Shown: positions 17,305-28,372, numbered from the stretch's first letter. The stretch is DNA of 62,222 nucleotides from an uncultured Gammaproteobacteria bacterium (GCA_964532385.1 CAZHHW010000005.1:1-62222); one strand, 5' to 3'. Notes: generated by a model from the letters alone, not told the origin. Numbers and translations are program-made.

Positions 17305-17393
17305 TGTGGACGGTTGTGGTATGGATGCGGATAAAAAATCGCTGCGCCGGCTGGATTATGTTTGCAGGACGCGTGCTGAAGTTGACGCGGATT

Positions 17394-17651
17394 TCACTGT
17401 TCGACCAGCCCGTCCAGTTCCCCGTCCATATGTAACTCGGTCAGGTCATCGAGACCGCCGATCGCTTTGCCGTCGACGACAATTTGCGGCACGGTGCGGG
17501 CGTTATTGGTGACGATCTGCATTTCACGCAGGCCGGCGTCGTCCTGGTCGATGCGCACTTCATCGAATGGAATGCGCCACTTTTTCAGCAGTGCTTTGGC
17601 TTTGTCGCAAAACGGACAGGTGCCGGTGCTATAGATTTTAACGCGCGCCAT
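17394..17651 (-). CDS. grxC: Glutaredoxin 3
   Basis: VKIYSTGTCPFCDKAK active site CPFC; TVPQIVVDGKAIGG; AGGAG before ATG 17651. Confidence 0.9.
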   Translation of the reverse strand: MARVKIYSTGTCPFCDKAKALLKKWRIPFDEVRIDQDDAGLREMQIVTNNARTVPQIVVDGKAIGGLDDLTELHMDGELDGLVEQ

Positions 17652-17726
17652 GGGCGTACTCCTGAACAAAATATTAAACGGATCGTAGCCCGCACCGCGG
17701 GCCGGAACAACGGTTACTTCCGCGGA

Positions 17727-19028
17727 TTATTTTGTGTTGCGGGCACGCACAGGATAATCCCGTTGCTCCGCACCCACATACACTTGGCGCGGGCGGCCGA
17801 TTTTCTGTTCGCTGTCGTCCATCATTTCCAGCCACTGCGAAATCCAGCCGACCGTGCGCGCCATCGCGAAAATTACCGTGAACATGTTCAGCGGTATGCC
17901 CATCGCGCGCAGGATCAACCCGGAATAGAAATCCACGTTGGGATAAAGGTGGCGGGAGACGAAGTATTCGTCTTTCAGTGCGATTTCTTCCAGACGCATC
18001 GCAATCTCGAATAATGGCGTATGTTCCGCGTTGAGTTTATGTAGCAGGTCATGACAGGCCGTGCGGATGATCTTGGCGCGCGGGTCGTAATTTTTGTAGA
18101 CACGGTGGCCGAAACCCATCAGGCGGAAACTGTCGCTTTTGTCTTTGGCGCGCGCGACGAATTTGGCGATGTTATCCGGTGATTCGATTTCTTCCAGCAT
18201 GTGAATGACGGCTTCGTTCGCGCCGCCGTGCGCCGGGCCCCACAGTGACGCAATGCCGGCCGCGACGCTGGCGAACGGGTTGGCGCGCGAGCTGGAGGCC
18301 AGCCGCACCGTGGAGGTGCTGGCATTTTGTTCGTGGTCGGCGTGCAGGATTAATATCAACTCCAGCGCCTTCGCGCTGACCGGGTCGATTTCAAACTCTT
18401 CCGCCGGCAGGGCGAACATCATGCGCAGGTAATTTTCCACGTAACCCAGTTTGTTATTGGGATACACGAACGGCTGGCCGCGCGAATATTTGTAACTGGC
18501 CGCGGCGATGGTCGGCATTTTGGCGATCAGGCGATGCGCGGAAATTTCACGGTGGCGCGGATCGTTCACGTCGGTCGAGTCGTGATAGAACGCCGACAGC
18601 GCGCCGACCACGCCGACCATGATCGCCATGGGGTGCGCATCATGGCGAAAGCCGCTATAAAAACGCAGCAAACCTTCGTGCACCATGGTATGGCGCATGA
18701 TGATTTTTTGAAAATCCGCCATCTGCGTTGCGTCGGGCAATTCTCCGTATAACAGCAGATAACAAACTTCCACGTAGCTGCTGTGTTCCGCCAGTTGCTC
18801 GATGGGGTAGCCGCGATACAACAACACGCCTTTTTCGCCGTCGATGTAGGTGATGGCGCTGCGGCAACTGCCGGTGCTCATGAAACCGGGGTCGTAGGTG
18901 AAAATACCAAGATTTGTGTACAGGGAGCGGATATCGACGCCCGGCGGACCGAGCGAGCCATGCATGATGGGCAACTCGATTTCCTTGCCGGTGCGGTTGT
19001 CGATGATGGTGACCGTGTCTTTCGCCAT
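17727..19028 (-). CDS. gltA: Citrate synthase (type II)
   Basis: [13 protein letters not shown] signature, [11 protein letters not shown], 433 aa. Confidence 0.95.
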   Translation of the reverse strand: MAKDTVTIIDNRTGKEIELPIMHGSLGPPGVDIRSLYTNLGIFTYDPGFMSTGSCRSAITYIDGEKGVLLYRGYPIEQLAEHSSYVEVCYLLLYGELPDATQMADFQKIIMRHTMVHEGLLRFYSGFRHDAHPMAIMVGVVGALSAFYHDSTDVNDPRHREISAHRLIAKMPTIAAASYKYSRGQPFVYPNNKLGYVENYLRMMFALPAEEFEIDPVSAKALELILILHADHEQNASTSTVRLASSSRANPFASVAAGIASLWGPAHGGANEAVIHMLEEIESPDNIAKFVARAKDKSDSFRLMGFGHRVYKNYDPRAKIIRTACHDLLHKLNAEHTPLFEIAMRLEEIALKDEYFVSRHLYPNVDFYSGLILRAMGIPLNMFTVIFAMARTVGWISQWLEMMDDSEQKIGRPRQVYVGAEQRDYPVRARNTK

Positions 19029-19135
19029 GCGTACACTCCTCTGAGCTACTGGTAGTTATCGGCCGGCGTGCAGGCTCATTGAACGAGTTTAACCGCTGCG
19101 GCACAATGCGCCGTCTGCTTCCCCTCAGGAATCAT

Positions 19136-19498
19136 ATGAAAACCTTGTTTCGATTTGTGTTGTTTCCCCTGCTGATCATTATTTTGCTCGGCGCGGGTTA
19201 CGTGTGGGCCATGGTGAACTGGAGCTATTCCGCCGGGGAACGCGCGGGCTGGGTGCAAAAGCTGTCGAAAAAAGGCTGGGTATGCAAAACCTGGGAAGGC
19301 GAGCTATCGATGGTCGCCATGCCTGGCGCCATGCCGGAGAAATTTCTGTTTACCGTGCATGACGATGTGGTCGCCGGCAAAATCAATCATGCCATGGGCA
19401 AGCGCGTGTCATTGACTTACGAACAGCATATTGGAATTCCCGGCACCTGTTTTGGCGACACCCCGTATTTCGTCACGGCGATACAAATCGTCGAGTAA
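19136..19498 (+). CDS. Conserved hypothetical membrane-anchored protein
   Basis: N-terminal TM MKTLFRFVLFPLLIIILLGAGYVW, then NWSYSAGERAGWVQKLSKKGWVCKTWEGEL. I recall this pattern from uncharacterised proteobacterial proteins. Confidence 0.55.
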   Translation: MKTLFRFVLFPLLIIILLGAGYVWAMVNWSYSAGERAGWVQKLSKKGWVCKTWEGELSMVAMPGAMPEKFLFTVHDDVVAGKINHAMGKRVSLTYEQHIGIPGTCFGDTPYFVTAIQIVE

Positions 19499-19536
19499 GT
19501 CGCGGGCGCGGGGCAGGTTGGTTATACTCTGGCACC

Positions 19537-20070
19537 ATGACCATACGCGATTTCTCGGGCGTCTCGCCCATTGTTTCTGCTTCGGCCTATGTGGACGATG
19601 CCGCACTGGTGGTGGGTAACGTCACCTTGGGTGACGATGTTTCCATCTGGCCCATGACGGTGCTGCGCGGCGATGTTAACGCGATTCGCATCGGCGCAGG
19701 CACCAACGTGCAAGACGGTTCGGTGCTGCATGTCACGCACGAGCATCCGGATATTCCGGGCGGCTACGCGTTACGCATCGGCGAACATGTCACCATCGGA
19801 CATAAAGTCATTTTGCATGGATGCAGCGTCGGCGATTACTGCCTGATCGGCATGGGCGCCATCGTCATGGACGGTGCGGTGCTCGAACCCAAAGTATTGC
19901 TGGGCGCGGGCAGTCTGGTGCCGCCCGGCAAAACCTTAACCGCAGGCCACCTCTGGCTGGGCTCGCCCGCGCGTAAAGTGCGCGCCTTGACACAGAAAGA
20001 ACTCGACTGGCTCACGTATTCTGCTTCTCATTACATCGAACTAAAAAACAAATACCTGCGCCACCCATAG
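19537..20070 (+). CDS. Gamma-class carbonic anhydrase family protein (hexapeptide repeat, YrdA/PaaY-like)
   Basis: Left-handed beta-helix repeats: GNVTLGDDVSIWPMTVLRGD, IRIGAGTNVQDGSVLH, IGHKVILHGC. Confidence 0.85.
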   Translation: MTIRDFSGVSPIVSASAYVDDAALVVGNVTLGDDVSIWPMTVLRGDVNAIRIGAGTNVQDGSVLHVTHEHPDIPGGYALRIGEHVTIGHKVILHGCSVGDYCLIGMGAIVMDGAVLEPKVLLGAGSLVPPGKTLTAGHLWLGSPARKVRALTQKELDWLTYSASHYIELKNKYLRHP

Positions 20071-20097
20071 CGCGGGCCGATTTTTCGGGAGGCGGGT

Positions 20098-20526
20098 GTG
20101 AGGGTGTTCATCGGAAATATTCCCTGCGGCACGAACAGCGCCGAGTTGCGTTTCATTCTATACAAGTGTTTGACCCGCTCCATCTGGCGTCAATTTAAAT
20201 TGGCGGTGGTTTACCACTTTGATGTGCGTCGCGATGTGCGATTAAAAATCGTGCAAAAGAAACAGCAGGATCAAAAGGTTTGTTACGCGGTGGCGGAATT
20301 CATCCAACCGGTGGTCGGCATTTTGAGCATCGGTCTGCTGCGAAAATATGTCCTGCGCGGCAAACGGCTGGCCGCGCACGAATTCGTGGATCGAGCCTAT
20401 ACCAATGAACGGCGTGCTGTGGGTTCGGGTGACAAGTTGCATCGGGGCGGCGAGCGCCGCCGCAGCGATCGGCGAAGTTTGGGGCAACTTAGGGGCTTGC
20501 CCGCTCGACGTTTAGCGGCAAGATAA
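20098..20526 (+). CDS. Hypothetical small protein, tentatively RRM-like RNA-binding fold with Arg-rich C-terminal tail
   Basis: GTG 20098 with GGGAGG 7 nt upstream. N-terminal RVFIGNIPCGTNSAELRFIL resembles RNP2; CYAVAEF resembles a degenerate RNP1. Tail is HRGGERRRSDRRSLGQLRGLPARR. The 3' end overlaps the convergent transporter gene by 38 nt. Confidence 0.4.
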   Translation: MRVFIGNIPCGTNSAELRFILYKCLTRSIWRQFKLAVVYHFDVRRDVRLKIVQKKQQDQKVCYAVAEFIQPVVGILSIGLLRKYVLRGKRLAAHEFVDRAYTNERRAVGSGDKLHRGGERRRSDRRSLGQLRGLPARRLAAR

Positions 20527-22480
20527 TCATTTGCATACCGCGCAGGTGCAAGCGACGCTGCATGGCCAGCGCGGTTTGGTTATGCAGCAAGCGTGTAAGC
20601 CAGTTCTCGTATTTGAAAATCAATTTGCTGGTGAAGAAAATCGCATTGGGATGTTCTTGCACGATCTTTTCCGCCAGCCGGGTTAATTCTTGCAGGGGAT
20701 CGGTGCCGAAGCTGCGGTAGGATTTCGCCGCCAAGCCTTGACTGTTGCAAAACTCCACGTCGTGTATGAGATCGGCATCCACAGCATATTGCAGTGTGGT
20801 CAGCGCGGTTTTGCCGTGGTAGGAGTGCGAGTCGATTTCGCCCGCGCACAGAAAAATAAAATTCTTGAAATGGCCGGGAAACAGGCGCTGCACCCACAGT
20901 AGCGTATGCATGACGGCGCCACGGCTGCGCCCCACCAAAAACACCGCGGTCGGTAGTTCAGGATTAAGCGGCAGCGTGGGCGTGTCCGGGCTGGTGGGCC
21001 CGCTGGCGAATATTTTGTCGACCACGCGCAGTTGCTCGTCGACATGATTGTAATGGTGTTTTATGTACGCACAGGCAGCGACCACCCCCGCCGTGACCGC
21101 CAGCGTGATCCAGCCGCCTTCGCGGAATTTTTCGATCAAGGTCACCAGCAGGATACCGGTCGTGACAATAAAGCCGAGCAGCGAAAGCGCGATGCGCGCC
21201 TTCCAGTTTTTCACGTCGAGCCGGCTTTGCCACCAGTGCACGCACAACCCATAGAGCGATAACGAAAACGTGATGAACACGTTGATGCTGTACAGCACCA
21301 CCAGCCAACTCACATCACCACGGCTGAGCAATAAAATGGCCAGCGCGCCCAGACCCATCAATAAAATGCCGTTTTGCGTCACCAGGCGGCTGGAAAGGTG
21401 GCGAAACTGGCGTGGCACCCAGGAATCCGCCGCCATGTTCGCCAGCACCGCCGGGCCGCCGAGAAAGCCGGTGTTCGCCGCCACCGCCAACAGGCCCGCT
21501 TCAAAACCCATCACCACGATGAGCAGCGTATGGTCGATCTGTACATTGCCCCAATGCCATCCCTGCATGATGGATGCAAACGTGACGGCATTGAGGGTTT
21601 GGCCTTCGACAGGTTTTGCGTCCCATAGCAAATACAGGACGATGATGCCGCCTGCGGTGAACGCCAGCGACAGCGCCATGTACAGCATGGTGAACTTGCC
21701 GGTGCGCACGCGCGGTTCGGCCAGGGTGTTGACATTATTGGACACGGCCTCGATACCCGTGTAGGTGCCGCCGCCCAATGAATAGGCGCGTAAAAACAAA
21801 GCGGCCACAAACACCCAGCCCAGTTCTTGACTTAAACTTGCGGTCTCTTTGAAGGTGTCGGGCAACAACATGGGCAGGCGCTCCGCATGTGCCTGGATGC
21901 CGTACACGATCAATAATGTGTGGGTCAGGATGAAGCCTAAAAATAAGGGCAGCAGAACTTTAATCGATTCCTTCATGCCACGCAGATTCAATGCGATCAG
22001 CACGATGATCGACACGACCTCGACGGGAATTTTGTACTCTTGTGCAGTGACCGGCAGCAGACTGAATAAAGCATCCACGCCGCTGGCCACCGAGATCGTA
22101 ATGGTGAGCACGTAATCCACCATCAATGCGGCGCCCGAGGTCAAGCCTGCGTACGGGCCGATGAGTTGCGAGGCGAGTTTGTAACCGCCGCCGCCGGAAG
22201 GAAACAGTTCGATCACTTGCGTGTACGCCGCGGCGATTACGAATACTGTCAACGCCGTGGCGATCGCCAGATACAAACCCAGATGGGTGTGTCCGTCCAG
22301 CGCGATGAAACTTTGTTCCGGTCCATAGGCCGACGAAGACAGACCATCCGCGCCCAGACCCACCCAGGCGAGAAATGCTATTAACACAATATGCTGACGT
22401 GTCTGCGGGGCAAGCGGATTGAGCGGTGCGCCGAACAGGGCTTGGCGGAGCCTGGCGAAGAATGTAGGTGATGGATTCAA
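20489..22480 (-). CDS. APC-superfamily permease with ~200-aa C-terminal cytoplasmic domain
   Basis: About 12 hydrophobic helices in the first ~460 aa (GADGLSSSAYGPE motif), then a soluble tail. Confidence 0.75.
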   Translation of the reverse strand: MNPSPTFFARLRQALFGAPLNPLAPQTRQHIVLIAFLAWVGLGADGLSSSAYGPEQSFIALDGHTHLGLYLAIATALTVFVIAAAYTQVIELFPSGGGGYKLASQLIGPYAGLTSGAALMVDYVLTITISVASGVDALFSLLPVTAQEYKIPVEVVSIIVLIALNLRGMKESIKVLLPLFLGFILTHTLLIVYGIQAHAERLPMLLPDTFKETASLSQELGWVFVAALFLRAYSLGGGTYTGIEAVSNNVNTLAEPRVRTGKFTMLYMALSLAFTAGGIIVLYLLWDAKPVEGQTLNAVTFASIMQGWHWGNVQIDHTLLIVVMGFEAGLLAVAANTGFLGGPAVLANMAADSWVPRQFRHLSSRLVTQNGILLMGLGALAILLLSRGDVSWLVVLYSINVFITFSLSLYGLCVHWWQSRLDVKNWKARIALSLLGFIVTTGILLVTLIEKFREGGWITLAVTAGVVAACAYIKHHYNHVDEQLRVVDKIFASGPTSPDTPTLPLNPELPTAVFLVGRSRGAVMHTLLWVQRLFPGHFKNFIFLCAGEIDSHSYHGKTALTTLQYAVDADLIHDVEFCNSQGLAAKSYRSFGTDPLQELTRLAEKIVQEHPNAIFFTSKLIFKYENWLTRLLHNQTALAMQRRLHLRGMQMIILPLNVERASP

Positions 22481-22543
22481 CGATTAGGTCCACACGGGAA
22501 CGACTGCGCGGCATTATGCACCCGCTGCGCAGCCTAAGCCAAG

Positions 22544-23404
22544 TTACAAGGTTTTGCTTGTTTCCGCGCGCAATTGGTTTATCACCGGCGTGGTGTGCGG
22601 ACGTACGCCGCGCCAGATGAAAAAGGCTTCCGCCGCCTGTTCCACCAGCATGCCCAAGCCATCCTGTACGGTGGCTGCACCGTGTTGATGCGCCCAATGC
22701 ATGAAGGCCGTGGGCACGGCGCCGTACATCAGGTCGTAGCAGGTAGCGCCGGGTGTAATCAAATTGCCCGGCAACGGCGGCAGTTCACCTTGCAAGCTGG
22801 CCGAAGTGCCATTAATCACCATATCAAATTGTTTGTCGGGCAGCTCGGCATAACCGCAGCCGGATACCGGTCCGAGCGAAGCGAATTCCAGAGCAAGCTC
22901 AGTCGCGCGATCCGTCGTACGGTTGGCGATGACCAAGAGCACCGGACGTTCTTCAAGCAGCGGACCCAGAATGCCGCGCACTGCGCCTCCGGCACCCAGA
23001 ATCAACACCCGCTTACCGGTCAGGTTTGCGCCGATATTGTGGCGCAGATCGCGTAGCAGTCCGATGCCGTCGGTATTGTCGCCCAACAACATGCCGCCGC
23101 TGCGTATTGCGATGGTATTTACCGCGCCCGCGCGTTGCGCCCGCGCGCTGCGTTCATTCACCAGCTCCCACGCCTCGCGCTTGAACGGAACAGTCACGTT
23201 CAGGCCCTTGCCGCCGCTGGCCTGAAAATTTCCCACGGCCTGTTTGAAGCCGCCGTGATCCACCTGTATCGCCGTGTACACAATGCGCTGCCTGGTTTGC
23301 TGTGCGAACAACGCATGAATACGCGGCGATTTACTGTGCGCGACGGGATTGCCCAGCACGGCGTATTGCTCGGGGGGCGCATCGAAGTCAAAAAGAGTGT
23401 TCAT
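22544..23404 (-). CDS. aroE: Shikimate dehydrogenase
   Basis: YAVLGNPVAHSKSPRIH, LNVTVPFK, GAGGAVRG NADP site. Confidence 0.92.
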   Translation of the reverse strand: MNTLFDFDAPPEQYAVLGNPVAHSKSPRIHALFAQQTRQRIVYTAIQVDHGGFKQAVGNFQASGGKGLNVTVPFKREAWELVNERSARAQRAGAVNTIAIRSGGMLLGDNTDGIGLLRDLRHNIGANLTGKRVLILGAGGAVRGILGPLLEERPVLLVIANRTTDRATELALEFASLGPVSGCGYAELPDKQFDMVINGTSASLQGELPPLPGNLITPGATCYDLMYGAVPTAFMHWAHQHGAATVQDGLGMLVEQAAEAFFIWRGVRPHTTPVINQLRAETSKTL

Positions 23405-23470
23405 AGGTTATGCGGTTCATCGCAGTCAGGTGAAAGCATTAGTAATGCTGAGCTTTGCCTGTGCGCTTGG

Positions 23471-24502
<1,032 letters not shown>

Positions 24503-24589
24503 TCATGCATAGGACCTGGAGGCATCATAAACGAGGGAGCGCCAAACCCGAAGGTCCGGCGCTCCCCGTTTCTCCCTGCAAACGTGGCT

Positions 24590-25681
24590 TTATTTGCGTT
24601 TTTTCTTGCTTGCGGCTTTTTTCGGCGCGGGTTTCTTTTTCGTAACGGCTTTCTTTTTTGCGACCGGTTTTTTGCTGACTTTTTTTGGCGCGGCTTTTTT
24701 CTTGAGAGCCACTTTCTTTTTTAGGGTCTTTTTCGCCGCCTTTTTCAGCGCGGCTTTTTTCTTCACGGCAGCCTTCTTGGCCGGAGCTTTTTTCAGGGCG
24801 GCTTTCTTCTTGGGCACCGCTTTCTTTTTTACCTTCGCGGCTTTTACCGGCGGCTTGACTGCGGGTTTTTTCACCACCGCCGGTGCGGGCGGCCGTTTGG
24901 GTACCGGTTTGGCGGCAAAAACCGCCGCCGCCGTGCGTGCGATTTCCGCCTGCCGTTCGGCGGTTTTCACCACTTTTTCGGGAGGCACATCGATGTCGTG
25001 CTGGACAAACATGTTTTCGATGACGCCTTGTTCCGGCAGCTCGTCGATAATTTTGCAGACGTCACTGAAAATATCTTGAATTTCACCCACGCCCTGCACC
25101 GTGCGCAGTTTGTTCTGATTGCGGTAATAGGCGATCAGCGGAGTGGTTTGCGCTTCGTAGACGCGCAACCGGTTGCCGATGGTTTCTTCGTTGTCGTCGG
25201 AGCGATGGTGCAGGTTGCCGCCGCAGCGGTCGCAACGATCCGCCAGACGCGACGGTGAGCTGTAAATGTTGAATAAAGTACCGCAGGAAACGCAAGTGCG
25301 TCGCCCGGTGATGCGCTGAATCAAGATGTCGAAGTCGACCGCAATCAGGATGGCTGCGTCCAGCGGACGTTTGATTTTCGCCAGCATCGCGTCCAAAGCC
25401 TGGGCTTGCATCATATTGCGCGGAAAGCCGTCGAGGATGAAGCCGTCCTGGGTATCCGGTTTAGACATCCGGTCACGGATCATCTCGAGCACGACTTGGT
25501 CGGGGACCAGTTGTCCAGCATCGAGTGCGGACTTGGCCAGCACGCCCGTGGGAGTTTTTGCATCCACCGCCGCACGTAATAAATCACCGGTGGAAATTTG
25601 CGGAATTTTGTATTTTTCAGCGAGACGTTTGGCTTGGGTTCCTTTGCCGGAACCGGGCGCACCAAGCAGTACGATTCTCAT
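24590..25681 (-). CDS. adk: Adenylate kinase fused in frame to a Lys/Ala/Pro-rich histone-H1-like C-terminal tail (363 aa)
   Basis: MRIVLLGAPGSGKGTQ P-loop; LID with CVSCG...CDRCGG. The protein then runs through a ~38-aa linker into 106 aa of KPAV repeats ending KKAASKKKRK. GGAG lies before ATG 25681. Confidence 0.85.
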   Translation of the reverse strand: MRIVLLGAPGSGKGTQAKRLAEKYKIPQISTGDLLRAAVDAKTPTGVLAKSALDAGQLVPDQVVLEMIRDRMSKPDTQDGFILDGFPRNMMQAQALDAMLAKIKRPLDAAILIAVDFDILIQRITGRRTCVSCGTLFNIYSSPSRLADRCDRCGGNLHHRSDDNEETIGNRLRVYEAQTTPLIAYYRNQNKLRTVQGVGEIQDIFSDVCKIIDELPEQGVIENMFVQHDIDVPPEKVVKTAERQAEIARTAAAVFAAKPVPKRPPAPAVVKKPAVKPPVKAAKVKKKAVPKKKAALKKAPAKKAAVKKKAALKKAAKKTLKKKVALKKKAAPKKVSKKPVAKKKAVTKKKPAPKKAASKKKRK

Positions 25682-25840
25682 TGTCGTGATCCACTCCCAT
25701 GGCTTGATTTTGACTGCCGAACTATGCATCGAACCTTAGGTCCGGTCAATGCCGTCATCAGCGATTTCAGCTTCTCGCCGGCGGCGAGCTAGAGTAGATA
25801 GTAGTCGGTTTCTTGATTAGCACAATTACGGGAGCAAGAC

Positions 25841-27106
25841 ATGGCAAAGAAGAATGCTTTTTACGCGCAGTCGGGTGGGGTTACCGCAGTCATCAATGCA
25901 TCGGCCTGCGGAGTGATCGAAACCGCGCGCAAACATAAAGACAAGATCGGCAAGGTCTACGCCGGGCGCAATGGCATCATCGGCGCGCTGACCGAAGACC
26001 TGATCGACACCAGCAAGGAATCGGCGGCATTTATCAAGGCACTGCGCCATACGCCGTCCGGCGCGTTCGGTTCATGCCGTTACAAATTGAAAAGCCTGGA
26101 GCAAAACCGGCGCGAGTACGAGCGCCTGATCGAAGTGTTCAAGGCACACAACATCGGCTACTTTTTTTACAACGGCGGCGGCGACTCGGCCGACACCTGT
26201 TTGAAAGTGTCACAGCTTGCCGAAACCATGGGCTACCCGATTCAGGCAGTGCATGTGCCCAAGACCGTCGACAACGATTTGCCGATCACCGACAACTGTC
26301 CCGGCTTCGGCTCGGTGGCCAAGTACATCGCGGTGTCGACGCGCGAAGCAAGCTTCGACGTGGCGAGCATGGCCAAGACCTCAACCAAAGTGTTCGTGCT
26401 TGAAGTCATGGGCCGGCACGCCGGATGGATCGCGGCGGCGGGCGGCATGGCGTCAAGTAAAGACACTGAAATCCCGATCGTCATTCTGTTTCCAGAAATC
26501 GCGTTCGAGCGCGCCAAGTTCATCGCCAAAGTGGATGGGTTAGTGAAGAAGCACGGCTATTGCTCGGTGGTGGTGTCGGAAGGCGTGCATGGGGCCGACG
26601 GCAAATTTCTTTCCGACCAAGGCCTGCGCGACGCGTTCGGTCATGCGCAACTGGGCGGTGCCGCGCCGGTGATCGCGGCGATGATCAAGGAAGATTTAAA
26701 TTTGAAATACCACTGGGCGGTGGCCGATTATTTACAGCGCGCCGCGCGTCATGTCGCGTCCAAGTCCGACGTCGAGCAAGCGTACGCGACCGGCAAAGCT
26801 GCCGTGGAATTCGCACTCAAAGGCCACAACGCCGTGATGCCCGCCATCACGCGCGTGTCGAACAAGCCGTACAAGTGGAAAATCGAAATGGCGCCGCTGG
26901 CCAAAGTCGCCAATGTTGAAAAAATGATGCCACGCGATTTCATTACCGAAGACGGCTTCGGTATCACGCCGAAGTGCCGCGACTATCTGGCGCCTCTGAT
27001 CAAGGGCGAAGATTATCCACCGTACAAAGATGGCCTGCCGCAATACGTGCGCTTGAAGAATGTGGCGGTGGCGAAGAAGCTGGCGGAGTTTGTGATGAGC
27101 AAATAG
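25841..27106 (+). CDS. pfp: 6-phosphofructokinase family enzyme, probably pyrophosphate-dependent
   Basis: MAKKNAFYAQSGGVTAVINAS, YNGGGDSADT, PKTVDNDL, EVMGRHAGW. The ~420-aa form resembles methanotroph-type PPi-PFK from memory; PPi dependence is inferred. Confidence 0.75.
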   Translation: MAKKNAFYAQSGGVTAVINASACGVIETARKHKDKIGKVYAGRNGIIGALTEDLIDTSKESAAFIKALRHTPSGAFGSCRYKLKSLEQNRREYERLIEVFKAHNIGYFFYNGGGDSADTCLKVSQLAETMGYPIQAVHVPKTVDNDLPITDNCPGFGSVAKYIAVSTREASFDVASMAKTSTKVFVLEVMGRHAGWIAAAGGMASSKDTEIPIVILFPEIAFERAKFIAKVDGLVKKHGYCSVVVSEGVHGADGKFLSDQGLRDAFGHAQLGGAAPVIAAMIKEDLNLKYHWAVADYLQRAARHVASKSDVEQAYATGKAAVEFALKGHNAVMPAITRVSNKPYKWKIEMAPLAKVANVEKMMPRDFITEDGFGITPKCRDYLAPLIKGEDYPPYKDGLPQYVRLKNVAVAKKLAEFVMSK

Positions 27107-27324
27107 TCACGTGCCACGTTCTGTGGCCATTACCTGTGCTTAAAACAACATTAAGTGGCGCTGGAAAAAATTGTCATGCCGGCAGGCATGAGGGGTGGGT
27201 GTGGTTATTTTGTGCGTGATAGCATCGCCAATGCTGCATACCTCCGGCCTGTTTGCTTTCATGCAGGGGCGCTGTGCACATCAAGACAAACATGGAAACT
27301 TAAAATTCAGACGAGGGACAGAGC

Positions 27325-28281
27325 ATGACATCATATTATGGGAGATCTATTCTAGGCGCCGCGAGTGTAAGTCTGGCCGTGCTTCTTACGGCGAATTTGA
27401 CGGGATGTAATGACCCGGAGAAACAGGCTAAGGAAGTCGATACAACTGCGCCGGTCACGGAGATTGCCGACACGACCAATTATGCCACCCTGGCCGCCGA
27501 CGAAGTTCAGCACGCACTGAGTTATGCCGATTTACAGGGTGTAGCCGTGACCACGGTGTTTTACTGTAGCAGCCCGGCTCCACGCACGACCGATACCGGT
27601 AATGGCAGTATTTCCGTCACCGTCGATGATGTCGATCCGCCCGGGCATTCCGCCGGGGACAGCTACACGACCACTTACGATATGTGCGTTCAGTTTGGCC
27701 GTACGCTCGATGGCAGCAGCAAGTTCACGATTGATGCGTTGTCGGGTGAGCTGTTTTCACCGGCACCGGCGATCTGGAATATCGCAACCACCGCGGTGTC
27801 GGATATGACGATTACCACCGCCACCTCAAGCCGTACCGAGCAAAGCAGTTATGCGTTCACCGCAGGTACGACCGACGGGGTGATTTATTCCAAGATCGCG
27901 GAGGGTACTTCCAGCGGGAGCGTTACACGAGCGAGCGTGACGACCACCCAGTCCAGCAACTTTAAAATGACCATGGACGAAAATCACAGCACCAATTTGT
28001 ATACGCACACCATGCTGGTGGACAGGAAAGGCGGTGCGCGTGGCGATCTGTTGATTGAAACCCCGGAAGCATTGGAAGGTCCATTGGGCACCTTCGGCAC
28101 TGCGCCGACCAGCGGCTCGATCAAGGTGACGCGTATTACTGCGGCGGCCACGTCCATTACCACCATAACCGCACTGGGTGGAGGTGATGCGCGTGTCGAT
28201 GTCGACAGTAACGGCGACGGCACCATCGATACGACTTCTACTGTGCCTTGGCGGCGCGCAATTCTTGGTCTGTTGTTTTAA
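27325..28281 (+). CDS. Hypothetical Thr/Ser-rich lipoprotein
   Basis: Lipobox LLTANLTGC after a signal peptide; GAGGGA before the ATG; no recognised domain; strong terminator downstream. Confidence 0.6.
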   Translation: MTSYYGRSILGAASVSLAVLLTANLTGCNDPEKQAKEVDTTAPVTEIADTTNYATLAADEVQHALSYADLQGVAVTTVFYCSSPAPRTTDTGNGSISVTVDDVDPPGHSAGDSYTTTYDMCVQFGRTLDGSSKFTIDALSGELFSPAPAIWNIATTAVSDMTITTATSSRTEQSSYAFTAGTTDGVIYSKIAEGTSSGSVTRASVTTTQSSNFKMTMDENHSTNLYTHTMLVDRKGGARGDLLIETPEALEGPLGTFGTAPTSGSIKVTRITAAATSITTITALGGGDARVDVDSNGDGTIDTTSTVPWRRAILGLLF

Positions 28282-28340
28282 GGCCACATCCGCAGGTGAA
28301 CTCGTACTGATTTCTTCTGCTTAAAGTTGTGTAAAGTGAA

Positions 28341-28372
28341 AGAGGGACGATGAGTCGTCCCTCTTTTATTTT
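28341..28372 (+). terminator. Rho-independent terminator
   Basis: AGAGGGACGA-tgag-TCGTCCCTCT (10-bp perfect stem) followed by TTTATTTTT. Confidence 0.85.

Noticed and set aside
21960-22697. 245-aa ORF and several 60-160-aa ORFs overlapping the APC permease gene
   Set aside because: They lie in alternative frames or on the opposite strand of a gene with a consistent 12-TM hydropathy pattern. Their Arg-rich composition marks them as artefacts.
24594-25079. 161-aa Phe/Ala/Gly-rich ORF on the plus strand
   Set aside because: It is the mirror image of the Lys/Ala-rich Adk tail (AAG/GCC codons read in reverse as CTT/GGC). It has no RBS or recognisable family.
27128-27150. Sigma-54-like TGGCC...TGTGCT upstream of the lipoprotein gene
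   Set aside because: GG and GC are separated by 11 nt rather than 10, and the -24 box is imperfect.
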